From a virus, in IMG/VR virus record IMGVR_UViG_3300046169_000069: a stretch of 64,000 nt of DNA; one strand, 5' to 3'. The notes under the pieces were generated by a model. That model was not told where the DNA came from. It saw only the letters and a program-made list of their open reading frames with translations, and ran no database searches. Of the stretch, positions 30,801 to 43,898 are shown piece by piece. Positions within the stretch are counted from its first letter, which is position 1; each line of letters opens with the position of its first letter. A program made the position numbers and the translations under genes.

Positions 30801-33800
30801 AGACTGCAGTGAAGTGTCTTCTGTTGTACGACTAGTTGCTTCTGTCGCGACAGTTGCATCAACGTATGACTTAGTTGCAGCGTCTTGTGCGGCAGTTGGA
30901 TCAGCCATATCAGTAATCTTGTTACCAGACATGTCAACTTCAGCACTCATCTCAATGTTAGATGAACCAGAAGATGTGCTTACACCAGCAACCTGTGATT
31001 GTAAACCTGAAATCGCAGTCGCGTTTGCAGATACGTCAGAAGTTAATACCGCTTCCGCACCTTGTGCACGTAGTGACTCATCAGCAATGTCTTGAGCAAG
31101 TGACGCTTCGACCGTAGTCGCACGTGTTGTCTCATCGGCAATTGCCTGAGCATTAACACCCTCAGCAGCTGTTGCACGTGATGTTTCAGCAGCAATGTCT
31201 GACGCAAGACCTGTTTCTGCAGATGTTGCACGGGCAACCTCAGCAGCAAGATCAGACGTTAGTACACCTTCTGCCGATAGAGCACGAGACAGTTCAGTAG
31301 ACAAACCAGCACTCAAATCAGAGTCAGCATTTGCACGAGCAGTTGCTTCATCTGTGATTGCCTGTTGACGTGCCGCCACTTCCGCATTAATTGCATTAGT
31401 GTTAGCAGTAACACTTGCACTGTTAGATGTGATCAACGATTGGATATCACTATCCGCGTTCTCGAATGCCGCAACCACTTCAACGATTGTGTCTAGTGAT
31501 TCACCAGCACCGTTCAAGATTGCGTCAACACGATCACTTACTGTCTGAGTAGTTGCATCAACATATGCCTTATTAGCGGCATCGGCTGAATCTACTGGAG
31601 CAGCAACATTGATAACACTATTATCCATCATGTCTAGGTCTGATAGTACTTGCAGATGATCAACAGATGAGTTGAATCCGATAGTACCAGTTCCGTCACC
31701 GAAGTATAGACCACCGTTGAATGTCGCTAGACCGTCAACTGTGATAGATCCGTCAGTGAAGTTTGCACCTAGATGGTTTGCAAGTTGAGTTTCTGCAGCT
31801 GTTGCACGAGCAGTTTCTACCGCGATATCCGCAGCAAGACCTGCTTCTACTGCTTCTGCACGTACTTTCTCAGTTACGACAGCGGCAGCGTTTGCAGCCT
31901 CTGCAGTCTGAGCACGTGTAGATTCTGCGTCAATGTTAGACTGAAGTGTGTTCTCAGCACCAGTCGCACGAGCAGTTTCTGCTGCAATTGATACTTCTAG
32001 ACCACTCTTATCAGAAGTTTGTGTACCAGACAATGTATCAATCTGAGACTGTAGACTTGCGTCACCCGCAGTGCGAGCAGAAGACTCAGTGTTGATATTT
32101 GACTGTAGTACTGCTTCTGCAGCAAGAGCACGTACTTCTTCAACACCTTCTGCAGTTTGTGCACGTAGCACCTCTGCGTCTAGTTCTGAGTGTACTTCGT
32201 TGATCGCTTCAACAACAGATGTTGCAGTTGTTTCTAGTGAAGGAACACCACCCTGTCCTGTTATTTTAACAGATCCTGCTTCTATTTGGTAAATACCAAT
32301 ACCAGTATCAGAACTTAATACAAATATGACACCATTGTCTTGAGTCGTAAATGGTAAAGATACTGTTGTAGGTACTGATCCCGCAGAAACTGTTGTTGAC
32401 GCATATACTGTAGCTGAAGACTGTAGATTTCCGGCGACAACAGTAATAGTCATGTCACTAGCAGCCTGCAGAACAGTCATGCTAAGTGTATAACTTTCAC
32501 CAACAACCAATGGAGTTGGTCCACTGTATGAGGTATAGTTAGATCCAATATATCCCCATATACCGCCACCAAGACCTGTCGAGTCTGGAGAAGGTACAGA
32601 GAATTTTATTTCTTGATCTGGACCCCAAGTAGTCGCACCTGCGGCTTGATCCCAGTACTGAGCACTGATATTAGTGACGTTTCTGACGTAGTTAGTCTCT
32701 TCACCCTTAACAAACGTGTCTAGATCAGAGATTGTCGAAGCGTTTGTAGTGATCAACGTCTGTAGATCGCCATCCGCACCTTCAAACGCAGCAACAACTT
32801 CTTGCAACGTGTCTAGTGTTTCTGGTGATGTACCAACGATGGCATCCAACTGAGACTGTAGACCAGACTCAACGCCAGTTGCACGAGCAACTTCCGCATC
32901 AACTGCAGCTTTGTACAGTTGCATCACCTGCAATACGTGCCGCCGCTTCATCTGAGTCACCAGCGATACGTGCCGCTGATTCCACTGAAACGTCACCACT
33001 TGCAGCGATGGTTAGGTTATCAATCTGAGTTTGTAGACTTGCGTCACCAGCAACACGAGCCGCTTGTTCTGCACTGTCCGCGTCTTCTAGATTTGATGTC
33101 AAAGTCTCAACAACATCTAGACGGTTAGAGTTAGACATTGCTGTCAACGCGCCAGAGTTATTGACGTTCTGAACCTGAACTTTCAGTTCTTCGGTCTTGC
33201 CTTCTAGATAGTTAATACCGTCAGATAGACTTGCGTTAGGTATGATAACTTCTTTGATCTCAACAGCACCGGAAGCGATCGTGAGGTCCAGATCATAAGA
33301 ACCAAGATTGCTAGTGTCCATACTCACAAACGATTCGCTGACTTTGATAGGAATACCTGACAAAGCCGAAGTGTCGTAAATATACAATGAACCAGATGTA
33401 GTACTATTATCATCATCTCCATGTGAAGAGACAACTAACTTACCACCTTCTACATCCAGACTATAACCAAAGTAATCGCTAGCGTTTCCGTCATATGCAT
33501 ATATTGTCTGAATATGACTTCCGTCAGATACGTCAAAGACTTCAACTTTACCTACATCTGACCCTTGTGCACCGTCCCAACCATAAGAACCTACGTATAG
33601 TCGAGTGTCGTCCAACGCAACAGATCTACCGAAGTTGTCCCAATCTTGTGAATCTGGAGACTGTAAAGCGTAAGCCATAGTTCCTGAAGCATACCCATCT
33701 GTATTTTTAGGATAAACATAGACAGCACCTCTACCGTACACGACTCCATTGTTATCATTTCTAGGACCGTAACGAGAACCTACGGCAACATAGTTATCGT

Positions 33801-36800
33801 TGAACGCAGTTCCGTTTGAGAAATGGCCAAAATTGCTTCCATCTTGATCATCGGACCACTGTCCATTAGGCGGCATTATTACAGAAGGTGTTGCCTGAAT
33901 ATCTCTCAGATCAAATATTGCAATGAAACTATTGTAGTTATTACTACCGTAGTAACTGTATCCATTAACTGTCACATATAGATAATCTTCATCGACTTCT
34001 ACTTGACGACCGAACTGAAGGTTATCATTCGAGTAGCTACTATTCGATCTCCAGAAGCTAGGAATCCCAGTAGGATCTAAAATGATAGGTTGACTTGTCA
34101 GATTGTTGATATCGTACAAATAAACTCTACCTGAGTTATCTTGGAAAGTTACGTTGTATGCATCTCTTCCAGTCCAATCTCGGCCCCATTCCCCTACAAT
34201 GATGTAGTTGTGATCGGCAGAACCGGTCACAGACCAACCAAAGTAATTATAAGCAGAAGTGTTTGAAGGTTTCAACACTACAGGATCTGCGCTAAGATCA
34301 TTTAGATCCCAAACATAGACTTCACCTGCGTTAGTCACATTGCCTGGATCTGAGTAATCATATCCAACGACAACTTTATCTCTTATGATTTTCGCGGTTC
34401 TTGGATTACCCATATTAGAAGTAGCACCAATATGACTACCATGACCTTCAGGAGATAAAACCGTTGGTGGTGACAATGGACTGTTCGCATCAAATACTAA
34501 TGCGTGACCACACGGAACGTCGGCGGTTGAAGCAGACACCGTAACGATATACTGATCTTGATAAACCCAACGTGAGACTTCAGTAGGCATATTTGGAACT
34601 GTTAGTCCCGCACCTGCGTGAATCTGATCATCAAGTGTTGCGATCTGTGTCGTATGCGTTGATACGATTGATGTGTTACCAGTGATTAGAGCCTGCAAGT
34701 CATTGTCTGCGTTCTGGAACGTAGATACAACTTCTTGTAGAGTGTCTAGTGTCTCTGGTGAAGTGCCAACGATGTTGTCGATCTGAGATTGCAACGCAGC
34801 ATCACCTGCCGCACGATCAGCAACTTCAGTAGCAATCTGGCCAGAGTGAACATCGATCTGTGCCTGTAGATTAGGTACAGAAGTATCTTCGATGACATCC
34901 AAACGTCCACGAACATCTACAAAGTCTGAATCGTGACCAGCGATGTCAGTTTGGTTTGTTGCGATATCGTCTAGGAACTGCGTGTCAGAACCAGTGATTG
35001 ACTGTAGAGATGTGTTCAACTCGTTGATTGCACCAACAACATCGGTAGCAGCTGTTTCTAGTGCTGGATTTGAAAGAGGATCTAAATCACTCTTCAACTC
35101 GTTGATTGCACCAGATAGAGTCTGACTTGATGTTGATAATGTACTGTTTCCGATTTCACTATGCAACTCGTTAATTGCACCATATATTGTTTTTGCGGTA
35201 GTTCCTACTGTAGTATCTAATTCATTATAATCCGATGAAACCACCTGACCATTTTCTAGAACAGCTGATCCCGTGCGGGTGCTTCTTAGATCATATTCGG
35301 TAAGGAGACTGCCATTGGAACCATAAAATCGAATCGCATCAAATGAGTAATTGTTACCAGTTAAATGTTCATCATAGGCTCGGCCGCCAGGAGCTGGTGA
35401 TATTGTATTACTTGGTATAATATTGTAGTCAGACCCCCAAGTTCCTGTGTGGTTTATTATCTGTTGGGCACCAGTGTTAGTGTGGAGCGGTACTGTCATA
35501 GTATTCCAATAACCAGAACTAAACTGAGCTCCACCGGAACCTAAAGTAATTCTCGTAGGAGATTCAATGCGGTACATAACATTTTCACCGTTTAGAATCT
35601 CTAAAGCATATACCGGATATCCATTTATATTATTAGCAACAGTATTTGGAATTGTAGCATAACTCTGACTATTAGTAAAATATAATGATGTCGTACTGTA
35701 CCCACTAGCGCTTACGGTACTAGAACCGCCACCGAAACTTACCATACCATGTTCTGTTTGATAATATTTCGGAGCTTTTGTTTGAGAAATAATATCTTTT
35801 ATTGATTGAATGTCAGAATCATTTCCACTGATTAAAGTTTGCAGGTCATGATCAGCATTCTCATATGCAGATACAAGTTCTTGTAGAGTGTCTAGAGTTT
35901 CTGGAGACGTTCCTACAATAGTGTCGATCTGTGACTGTAAACTCGCAATATCGCCGTCGTTTGAGGTGATTTGAGTTTGTAAGTTATTATCTGCGTTTTG
36001 GCGAGATAAAGTTTCACCAGAAGTATACTGTTCGAAGTATGCCACGTGTGCCGCATTTGCACTGTCATAGATTGATGACTGTTCTGCGTTAGCCGCAGCG
36101 TAGATCGCAGTCTGTTCTGCGTTAGCCGAATCATAAAGTGCAATCTGTTCCGCTTTATCAGAATCGTAACGTTGATCTTGTGCAAGCAGTTTGAAGTCAA
36201 TATTTGCTTCAACAGTTTGCAGATCTTGTACGATTGTAGATGAACCAGTAACCGCTTCAACAGCAGTAAGAAGTTCTTCTTTCTTAGCGTTCAAGTAGTT
36301 GACCGCAGCAGTTAGGTCGTCATTTGGATTGAATGTCTCTGTGACACTTAGGGTTACAGTTCCTGTTGCAGATACTGCAGGAAGTTTGTTTCCATAACCA
36401 AAACCAGTTTCTTCGATCATTACTGGATGTTGAAGAGAAACTCCCTCAACTCCATTGACAAGATCGGTGAAGTTATTCAGATCATGAATGTATATGGTTC
36501 CAGTATCTTCTGAAGTTCCACCAGACATTTTCATGTTTCGAGAAGTGATAATTAACTTATCATTTTGGATCTGAATAGAGGAAGGATAATCCCACCCATC
36601 TATATTAGATATTCCGCCCCAAGCGTTAGGAGCGAACTGATACACTCTCACATTGGAGAAATTATAACCAGAAAGTTCGCCACCTTTAAATTGTGCCTCA
36701 ATCCAACCAAAACTGCCAGGAATCCATGAATAATTATTACCACTACTTGGGAAGTTGTTGTTGAATAAGTCGTCTTTAGTGACCATTACAACTTCTTCTG

Positions 36801-39800
36801 TGCTTCCAAACACTAACCAGTCATCACTAACTGCAAGCTTTCGGTCCGAATTGTATAGGTAATATGCGTTAGAGTATCTTCTGTAAACCGAAGAATACAT
36901 CATACTGTTGTCGGTGCGGTAAAAAGGAGCAGCATTTAAGTTAGATGCGTCCCACACCATCAATCGGCCGTAATTATCGTGGACGTAGTATGATCCGTAA
37001 TTCTGTACAGCAGCAATCATAGTGTTACTTACAACGAAGTTGGACGCCACTACACCACCGTCATAGATAGAATCTTGCAAAGTAGTCACATAAGAAAGGT
37101 CTGTTCTATTATAGACAAATATTCTATCCTGGCCTGTTAAAGCGCCAACAAACACGTGAGTGTCGTTCCAATCTACTCTACATGCGAAACCATCGTAATC
37201 GTTTGACCCTAATGTTGGATAATTTACACCAGTTGGTAAGTCTTCGCTTGTTGTTTCAATGTAGATAGCGTTTCCAGAAACAAGTGATGGAACATCATAT
37301 ATTCTTGCACTGCCAACTACAGTATCAGTACTTACGTTACCGATAAGAACTTTAGAACCGCCATCATATCGAATTTGAGCATAATCATAAACAGTGCGTA
37401 GATCAGCATGTACTTCTGCGATAGGTAGTGAAGATGAATCTATCGTAGCAAGTTCGTAAACTAGGAAGTAAATCTCACGAGCATCAAGGCTGGTGTTGTC
37501 CAACCTAGCCATAACTATAACATGGTCACGAGTTATGAAGTTACCTTCTGGTTTAGAATTGTATGCCGACGGCAATACTACTCTTGTGCCTAATCCAGTC
37601 TGAACCGATTGGTTTTCAACATACTCTGCAGAAGTGTAGACAAAGAATTCGTCGTCACCTTCGATAACAGTGTAGTACTGATCACCAACATCTTTATTGT
37701 AAGTAATAGAAGTTAGTTCTTGTGGTAGAGCAATGTGACCTGTACCCATACGACCACGAATTTCGTTTTGTAATAGGTTTGTGTCTGCAAAAGAACCACT
37801 TACAGATGATGTGAAATAATTGTAATCGGAGTCGTGATCTACAATAAACTGTGCTTGAGACGCATTGACCGCATCTTCAAACCCTTGACGTTCAGCGTTT
37901 ACCGAAGCTTCGAATGCAGTACGATCTGCATTTACCTGATCAATATCAGCTTGAACTGCATCACGGTGTGCTTGACGATCCGCGTTTACAGATGCTTCGA
38001 ATGCAGTACGATCTGCATCTACCGCAACGATTGCAGCCGCGTTAGTCGCAATGTTTGCAGTGTTAGTTGCAACGTCTGCCGCGATTGAAGCGATGTCAGC
38101 ATCATTTGACTGGATTGCTGCCAAGTTTGCTTCTAGATCTGCACGTAGTTCCTGACGCTTAGCTTCCAAGTAGTTGATCGAGTTGCCTAGACCGGATGCT
38201 GGAATGATGGTGTCAGTAATTGTTTGCGTAACCGTTTCTGCTGGCGAGATCGCAATAAGACGACCGAAATTGCCAGAAGCTGTACTAGAATCACCTCGAA
38301 CTAAACGCTCAGGCGGTTGATCCATATTTGTTAGGTCATAAACAAACATAGCAGTACCGGAAGAACCAGCTACAATCAATCGATTGCTTTCTTCATGCAT
38401 CTGGTATGGGAAAATCCCTAGGTTGTTTTCTGGCGGTGTTATTACTAACGGAGGCAATAATAAATTATTCGCATCATAGATGAAAATAAGACCAACCGAA
38501 CTCGTAATTCCAGGCGTATTGCCCTCAAGTGTGCCTACAATTAATCTTGTGTCTGTTAATGCTATAGAGTATCCAAACTGAAGGTTATTTGTTGCATATT
38601 CTGCAGGCGGATATAACTTAGTATGTGCTTCATTCAGGTTATCTGGGTTAAACAAATAAACAGAACCGTGATTTGGTCCATCTATATCATCTCCATACGC
38701 ACCTACAGCAATACGTGTAGAAGAAACTTCGAACGAACCAGTAAGTTCGCCATTAGCCCAAGAGATAACGTCGGAGTTTTGATCGCCAGAAGTTAATTCA
38801 TGTCCATTGATCAAATGACCATCACTTTGTCGGATATCTAAAACCCAAAGTGCATCAACACCACTATATCTAAATGCACAAAGTTTATCGCCAAATACTC
38901 TCAGTTTATAATCGACTATACTAGCAATATTATATGTACTAGTTCTTAAGTTACTTCCAGATTCCGATAAAGGTTGTTTCCATATAGTATCCGTTCCTGA
39001 AGTTTCGTGCGCATAAATGTAATCTTCTGAAACAGCAAATCCATTTATATTTTGGTTTTCCGCAGTAGCATAAGATTTGGAAGCCGAAGTTATGCCCAGT
39101 ACTAAATCTGCCCATTCGTATCTGTACACTAGATGTCTATTGACATTCCAATTAATGAATAGAGCTTCACTGTTGGCGTCAATATGATATATGTAGTATC
39201 CGCTAAAGTAAACTTTTGCAACCGGAGTAGATGAATCGACACTATCATACACATAGACGTTATGATTATCAGCAGTCGCATAGAACTGACGGCCCGCATA
39301 CTCTACATCAAAGGTAATTGTCTCACCGATGTCTGGAGTAATTAGAGGAACGCCTTCAGCACCAATTGTTGTCTGTAGTGCAGCTAGTGTACCAGTGTTT
39401 GTGTTGATTAGACCCTGTAGAGTGCTGTCTGCATTTGAGTATGCAGTCACGATCTCTTGTAGAGTGTCTAGTGTCTCTGGAGAAGTACCAATGATTGCGT
39501 CTAACTGTGCTTGTAGTGCCGCGTCACCTGTGACGATTGCACTTGCGTTAGCCTGTTCTGCCAACTGAGCACGGACAACTTCTGCGTCTAGATTAGACTG
39601 TACTGCATTAACTTCATCTACTGTTGCACCACTTGCGGTTCGAGCTGCATTTTCTGCAACGATGTCATCGATCTGTGTTTGTAGACCCGAGTCAGCAGTT
39701 GTACGGTTTGAGATTTCTGTATTAAGTGCAGTAGACTGTGCAGAGATTAGAGTTGCTTGTGATGTCTGTGAAGATTCACGAGCAGCAGTTTCTGCAACGA

Positions 39801-42800
39801 TCTTCGCATCTAATGCATTGTCTGCAGAGATACGCGCTTGTGTTTCAGCAGTGTCTGCTGCCGCACGAGCGTTTGATTCGTCAACGATTGCACTTGCGTT
39901 AGTTGCATCACCAGCGATACGTGAAGTTTCTTCTGCAGAGATTGCCGCAACACGTGCGTCTGTTTCTGCCTGAACAGCTGTAGAAGTGGCACTATTGTCC
40001 GCCATTTCAGCGTGTAGTTCGTTGATCGCAGCACCAATGGTTTGTGCAGTAGTGTCTAGATTTGTTAGAACAGTTGAAACGTCGATTACGTCTTCATATA
40101 CTGCAGGCACTTCTTGTGAGGCGACCAAAGAATTGTGTCCGGCACTGACGGCGTAAGTTCTAGTGATTGCACCTGAAGTGGGTGTGAGACCAGTAGTGGA
40201 CTCATTATAGATCTTAACAGTTCCGTTGTCATCATTTTGTAAATAAACTTTACCGTTATCGACATCGACGAACTGTTTTTTGGTTGTGGAAATAGACCGA
40301 CCAAGATAAGATACTCCATTAGCATCCCAAGTCCATTCATGAAGATATGCATAACCTGAGACATGAGTAGTAACATATAGTTTATTATCAGTCATATCTA
40401 CATCAAACCCGTAACCTCGCCAGTAGGTATTCAAGTCGTTACTAGGGATAGTAGTATGTAACTCAAAAGTTTGACCTGTTACGTAGTTTTTTAAATTTAC
40501 TCTTTCATAGTTATTATATCCATCTTTGCGCTGAGACCATAAAATGTAATCTCCGCGAATATCAAATCCCCATACATTACCATTCCCTATGAAGGTATCT
40601 TGATTGTTGTATTGGGAAGTTGGGGATATCATATGTACACTGGATGGATTTGCACCATCTGTTACGTCCCAGATAGATATTCTGCCTTCTTCATAAGACC
40701 AAGTGTATCCTATAGCAATCTTAGTTCCGTCCTCGTTCATCTTTAGATAAACTTCTGTAGAACCTATGTTAGGTAGACCGTTATAAATTAGATTTGTATT
40801 AGAGTAAACTTCATTTCCTGCTAAATCGTATACTTTGAATCCTTTTTCAAAAGAAACAAATACATGCGTGTCGTTAGAAACGAGATTATAACCGAACTTT
40901 TGTATCGTTCCGCTAGATTCTAACACATAAGTGTAGTCTTCTGGGCCTGGGTTTGTTGATAGATCGTAGTGATAAACTCTACCAGTACCAGCGGCAGGGA
41001 TTGCGTCTGGCGCACTAACCCACAAATGGTTTCCTGTTTTCGCCACAGAAGCACCGAACGAACCCTGAGATCCGGATGGACTTGTGATGGTGTGGGTTAT
41101 ATTACCGGAGTATAAAATATCCCCCGTATATACACTAACAGAACCGGACTTAGCAACAGCCATTTCTGCTGGTGTTTCTGCAGTTACTAGGTTTTGACCA
41201 ACAACTGTGCTTACTTCGTGACCTAGGTATGATTCTAGAGATGAAATATCAGATGAGTTTGCAACCATCAACGCCTGTAGATCACCGTCAGCACTTTCGA
41301 ATGCAGCTACGATCTCTTGTAGCGTATCCAAACTTTCTGGAGATGAACCCAAGATCGCATCAATCTGTGACTGAATGCTTGATAGATCTAAGTTTGCTAG
41401 GTCCGAAGACTTCGCTAGTTCTACCCACTGACCAGCGTGTGCAAAGTATGCAGCACCCTCTGCGTGGACGTGTGCAAACATACCGTGATTTGCAGATGCG
41501 TCTGGTAGATCTGCCAATGTAGAGAACAATGGGTGTGTTGCACCAGTTGCTTCGACTTGGTTAATCTGATTTTGTAGATCTGTTTCTGCTGCAGTAGCAC
41601 GTGCAGTTTCTGCAGAGATTGCAGATGCATTTGCTTGTTCAGCTGATGTTGCGCGAGCTGCTTCTGCGTCTACCGCTGCCTGTACTGTTGCATCACCTGC
41701 AACACGAGCAGTTGCTTCTGCAGTGATTGCTGCTTCACGTGCTTCTGCTTCAGCTTCATCTCCAGCAACACGGGCTGCAGTTTCGGTTGAAATTGCACTT
41801 GTCTTCGCTGCGTTATTAGATGATACTGTTGCGCTAAGTGAATCGATTGCACTTTGTAGATCTGAGTCAGCATCTTCACGTTGTTGCTTTTCTGCAGCGT
41901 CAAAGAATGTGCGGTCAGAGACTTCTTGTGTCAATGATGCATTTACTGCTGTAATAGTAGAAGAGTTGCCTATGATTAGACCTGTAAGATCACTATCCGC
42001 ACCTTCAAACGCCGCCACAACTTCTTGAATTGTGTCTAGTGTTTCCGGAGATGTTCCAACGATTGCGTCTAGTTGTGATTGTAGAGCTGATAGATCTGTA
42101 CCAGTTACAGAGTTTAACTGTGATTGTAGATCGGAGACTGCAGCTGCACGTGTTTGTGCTTCTGCTAGGTCAGCAGCAATACGTGCTGATTGTTCTGCGT
42201 CTACCGCTGCCTGTACTGTTGCATCGCCAGCGATACGTGCTGCAGATTCGTCTGAGTCTGCATCAGCACGAGCACTTGCTTCAGCAACGATAGCCTGCAG
42301 CGTTTGCTTGTTCTGCAGATGTTGCGCGAGCAATTTCCGCATCAATTGCAGCACCACGTGCCGTTGCTTCCGCAGCGACTGCATCAGCGATATCCTGAGA
42401 TACTGCCTCACGTGCGCGTACGACTGTGAAGAATAACTTATTGTCACCTTCAGCAATAACGTCTGTGCTTGTTACTGCGATTGGAGTTGCAGTGACACCG
42501 TCGTATACTTCCCAACGATCTTCTAGTTCGTTCCAACGTAGCTGAACTGCAGGTTCGTCACCACGCATGATACGAATACCTGCGTTAAGTACCGGAGCAC
42601 CTGTAGAAACATTGCTGTTTAGATCGATGATATTGTCAGCGACTTTTAAGGTCTGACTGTCTAGAGTTGTTGTAGTACCCTCGACGGTCAAATTGCCTTC
42701 GATGGTTACATTATCTTCAAAGACTTTATCGCCAGTGATTGTACCGTCTGCATTTAAACTGTCAACATATTCTTTTGTTGCAGCGTCTGAAGCATCTACT

Positions 42801-43816
42801 GGAGCACCGACATTTTTAACTTTGTGTGTTCCCATATCAACAGCACCACCAAACTTAGTTGGTTCGCCGCCGACTGTAGAAATTGTTTCTCCAACAGACA
42901 TTACTAGATCTGACTTCAACTGGACACTTTCGTCGCCAGCGTTTAGATCAATGTTACCACCACCTGTTGCGCCGAACGACAGGTTCTGACCTGCGTCTGC
43001 GTACATAGTGATTGTACCGCTGTTGTCTTCTAGAATCTTAGTACCGTTAATGTACAGAGAGCCTGGACCGATGTATAGATCTTTCCATACGCGATCTGGA
43101 GAACCTAGTGTGTACTCGTTGTCAGCTGATGGAATTAAGTTTCCTGTCCAACCGTCGCTGTCGTTATACGTGAACTGTGACGCTTGTAGTGCGCTAACAG
43201 CGGCACCACGCGTTGCAGATTCAGCAGCAATTGCCGCAGCGTTCGCAAGTTCTGCTGCAGACGCACGAGTAACTTCTGCATCAATGTTCTGTTGTAGAGT
43301 TACGTCTCCTGCGATACGCTGAGTGGTTTCGATGCCGATAGCGGCAGTGTTTGCACTTAACGATGAGGAGTTTGCAGCTAGAAGTGATTGAATGTCACTA
43401 TCTGCACCTTCGAAAGCGGAAACGATCTCGACAAGAGTGTCAAGTGTTTCTGGTGAAGCGCCTACGATGGAGTCAATTTGAGTTTGTAGTGAATCTACTT
43501 CTGCTTGAGTGTCAGCATTAACTCCTAGTGAGTCAATCTGGGTTTGTAGAGATGCAATATCTGAAATACGTGTTGCTGTTTCGGATGCGATTGCAACTGT
43601 GTTACTGTTTACATCTATGAAAATTTGTGAGTCTGAGTCGACGATAGAACTGCCGGAACCAGTGAGTGCACCTTCATCTACTAGAGATGAGACTGCGTCT
43701 GCGATGGCCCCTGCAACTATAGTACCATCAGCTCGGATTATGACGACATCATTGACGGTTAATTCACCTTTTACGTCAACGCCGTTCTGAATCCTAAACT
43801 TTTTGTTAGTATTCAT
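27867..43816 (-). CDS. Giant (~5,300 aa) coiled-coil virion fibre/adhesin with inserted beta-propeller-like and other domains; three track ORFs joined across two frameshifts (~42296, ~32910)
   Basis: Repeat text continues across the breaks (EQANAA|AIVAEASAR; GDATVQ|AAVDAEVAR). Motifs: AE..RA.AAE, SPETLDTLQE.V.AF..ADSD, YadA-neck-like DAA(T/N)K.YVD, FG-GAP-like FG.SV...G.V.VFD. Confidence 0.75.
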
Positions 43817-43898
43817 TGCTTATACCTTTTTTGGCTATGTGGGAAATGGGGGTGGACTGATTCCACCCCCGAAGTTATGATTTAGAAATTATAATATA

